Shown here one piece after another: positions 62,693 through 64,000 of a stretch of DNA of 64,000 nucleotides. The position numbers and the translations under genes were made by a program. The stretch comes from Alphaproteobacteria bacterium. Its GTDB lineage: Bacteria; Pseudomonadota; Alphaproteobacteria; MPNO01. The stretch spans positions 2,751,530 through 2,815,529 of the forward strand of contig OZ251446.1 of assembly GCA_965242495.1 (NCBI GenBank), given 5' to 3'. Positions within the stretch are counted from its first letter, which is position 1. Each line of letters starts with the position of its first letter. The notes beneath the pieces are model-generated. The model worked only from the letters and a program-made list of their open reading frames with translations. It was not told where the DNA came from and did not search any database.

Positions 62693-63976
62693 ATGTCGGA
62701 CCGGCGCCGCATCGCCGTCGTCGGGCTCGGCTATGTCGGGCTGCCGCTCGCCGTCGCTCTCGCCCGCCATTACCCGGTCACCGGCTTCGACGTCGATGCG
62801 CAACGGATCCGGGAGCTGCAGGCGGGCGAGGACCGCACGCGCGCGGCGCCGCCGGAGGCGCTGCGGCGCGCCGCGGTCGCGTTCACCGGCGACGCGGCCC
62901 GGCTCGGCGGCTGCGCCGTCTATATCGTCGCCGTGCCGACTCCGATCGACGCGCATCGCGCGCCCGACCTCGGCGCCCTCCGCGCGGCGTGCCGGCTGGT
63001 CGGCGGCGCCATGGGCCGGGGCGCGATTGTGGCGTTCGAGAGCACGGTCTATCCGGGGGTGACCGAGGAGATCTGCGCCCCCGAACTCGCCCGCGCGTCG
63101 GGCCTCGCCTGCGGGCGCGACTTCTTCGTCGGCTACGCGCCGGAGCGCAGCAACCCGGGTGACCGCGAGCACACGCTCGATCGGATCGCCAGGGTGGTCG
63201 CAGGCCAGAACGAGGACGTGACCGCGCGGCTCGCCGAGATCTACGGCCGGACGACGTCGGGCGGCGTCTTCGTCGCGCGCGACATCCGCACCGCGGAGGC
63301 CGCGAAGGCGATCGAGAACGCCCAGCGCGACATCAACATCGCCTTCGTCAACGAAATCGCGACGATCTGCCACAAGATGGGCCTGTCCACCCGCGATGTG
63401 CTGGCGGCCGCGGCGACCAAGTGGAACTTCCTCGACTTCTCGCCCGGCCTCGTCGGCGGCCACTGCGTCGGCGTCGATCCGTTCTATCTCGCCCACGCCG
63501 CGGTTTCGAGCGGGCACCGCCCGGAGATCGTCCTCGCCGGCCGACGGATCAACGACGCCATGAGCGGGTTCGTCGCCGACTGCATCGTCCGCGAGCTGAC
63601 GCGCGCGGGCCGCGGTCGGGGGGCGCGGGTGCTGGTTCTCGGGCTGACCTTCAAGGAGAACGTCCCGGATCTCCGCAATTCGCGCGTCGTCGACCTCGTC
63701 GCCGCGCTGTCGGAGCGGGGCTTCCCGGTCGACGTCCACGACCCCTGCGCGGATCCCGAGGAGGCCGGCGCCCGCTACGGCATCCGGCTGCGCCCCGACC
63801 TGCGCGACGCGCGCGGCTACGCCGCCGTCGTCGGCGCGGTGGCGCACGACGCCTATCGCGCCCTGACCGCGGCCGCCCTCACCGGGTTCGTCCGCGAGGG
63901 GGGGCTGATCGCCGACGTGAAAGGAATATGGCGCGGCGTCGTCACCCCCGGCGGCTATCGACGCTGGCAGCTCTGA
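62693..63976 (+). CDS. Nucleotide-sugar dehydrogenase (TviB/WbpO-like)
   Basis: VGLGYVGLPLA, ESTVYPG, KAIENAQRDINIA, PGLVGGHCVGVDP, GLTFKENVPDLRNS. Confidence 0.92.
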   Translation: MSDRRRIAVVGLGYVGLPLAVALARHYPVTGFDVDAQRIRELQAGEDRTRAAPPEALRRAAVAFTGDAARLGGCAVYIVAVPTPIDAHRAPDLGALRAACRLVGGAMGRGAIVAFESTVYPGVTEEICAPELARASGLACGRDFFVGYAPERSNPGDREHTLDRIARVVAGQNEDVTARLAEIYGRTTSGGVFVARDIRTAEAAKAIENAQRDINIAFVNEIATICHKMGLSTRDVLAAAATKWNFLDFSPGLVGGHCVGVDPFYLAHAAVSSGHRPEIVLAGRRINDAMSGFVADCIVRELTRAGRGRGARVLVLGLTFKENVPDLRNSRVVDLVAALSERGFPVDVHDPCADPEEAGARYGIRLRPDLRDARGYAAVVGAVAHDAYRALTAAALTGFVREGGLIADVKGIWRGVVTPGGYRRWQL

Positions 63977-64000
63977 CGGGCGCTACGTCTCACGTGGTCG

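Overview
Very GC-rich window from what looks like an alphaproteobacterium (Rhodospirillales-like gene content and order; a host-associated lifestyle is an inference). A housekeeping and catabolic backbone (gltD-gltB, uppP, prpE, aromatic oxygenases, an Urt/LIV-type ABC transporter with two amidases, yggS, an OmpR-type regulator, a nucleotide-sugar dehydrogenase) is interrupted by accessory modules. These are: (i) two TbpB-like surface lipoproteins plus a Slam/type XI translocon; (ii) a tandem array of two large autotransporters and a third stub, with a NYN RNase gene wedged between them behind a short terminated leader RNA; (iii) an orphan lower-GC ParA plus partner pair; (iv) a CI-like repressor divergent from a GcrA-like gene, with no phage genes nearby. 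Four surface-protein promoters carry poly-C or poly-G tracts in the -35/-10 spacer, and a membrane glycosyltransferase carries an in-frame G11 tract, suggesting a contingency (phase-variation) programme. Intergenic DNA holds dRS3-like ATTCCC-N8-GGGAAT palindromes targeted at the GAAA loop by an IS1182-type element and its 151-bp MITEs. There is also a complete IS481-family element with a non-autonomous relative. No CRISPR array, rRNA or tRNA was seen. Product calls come from motif recognition only; no database search was run.
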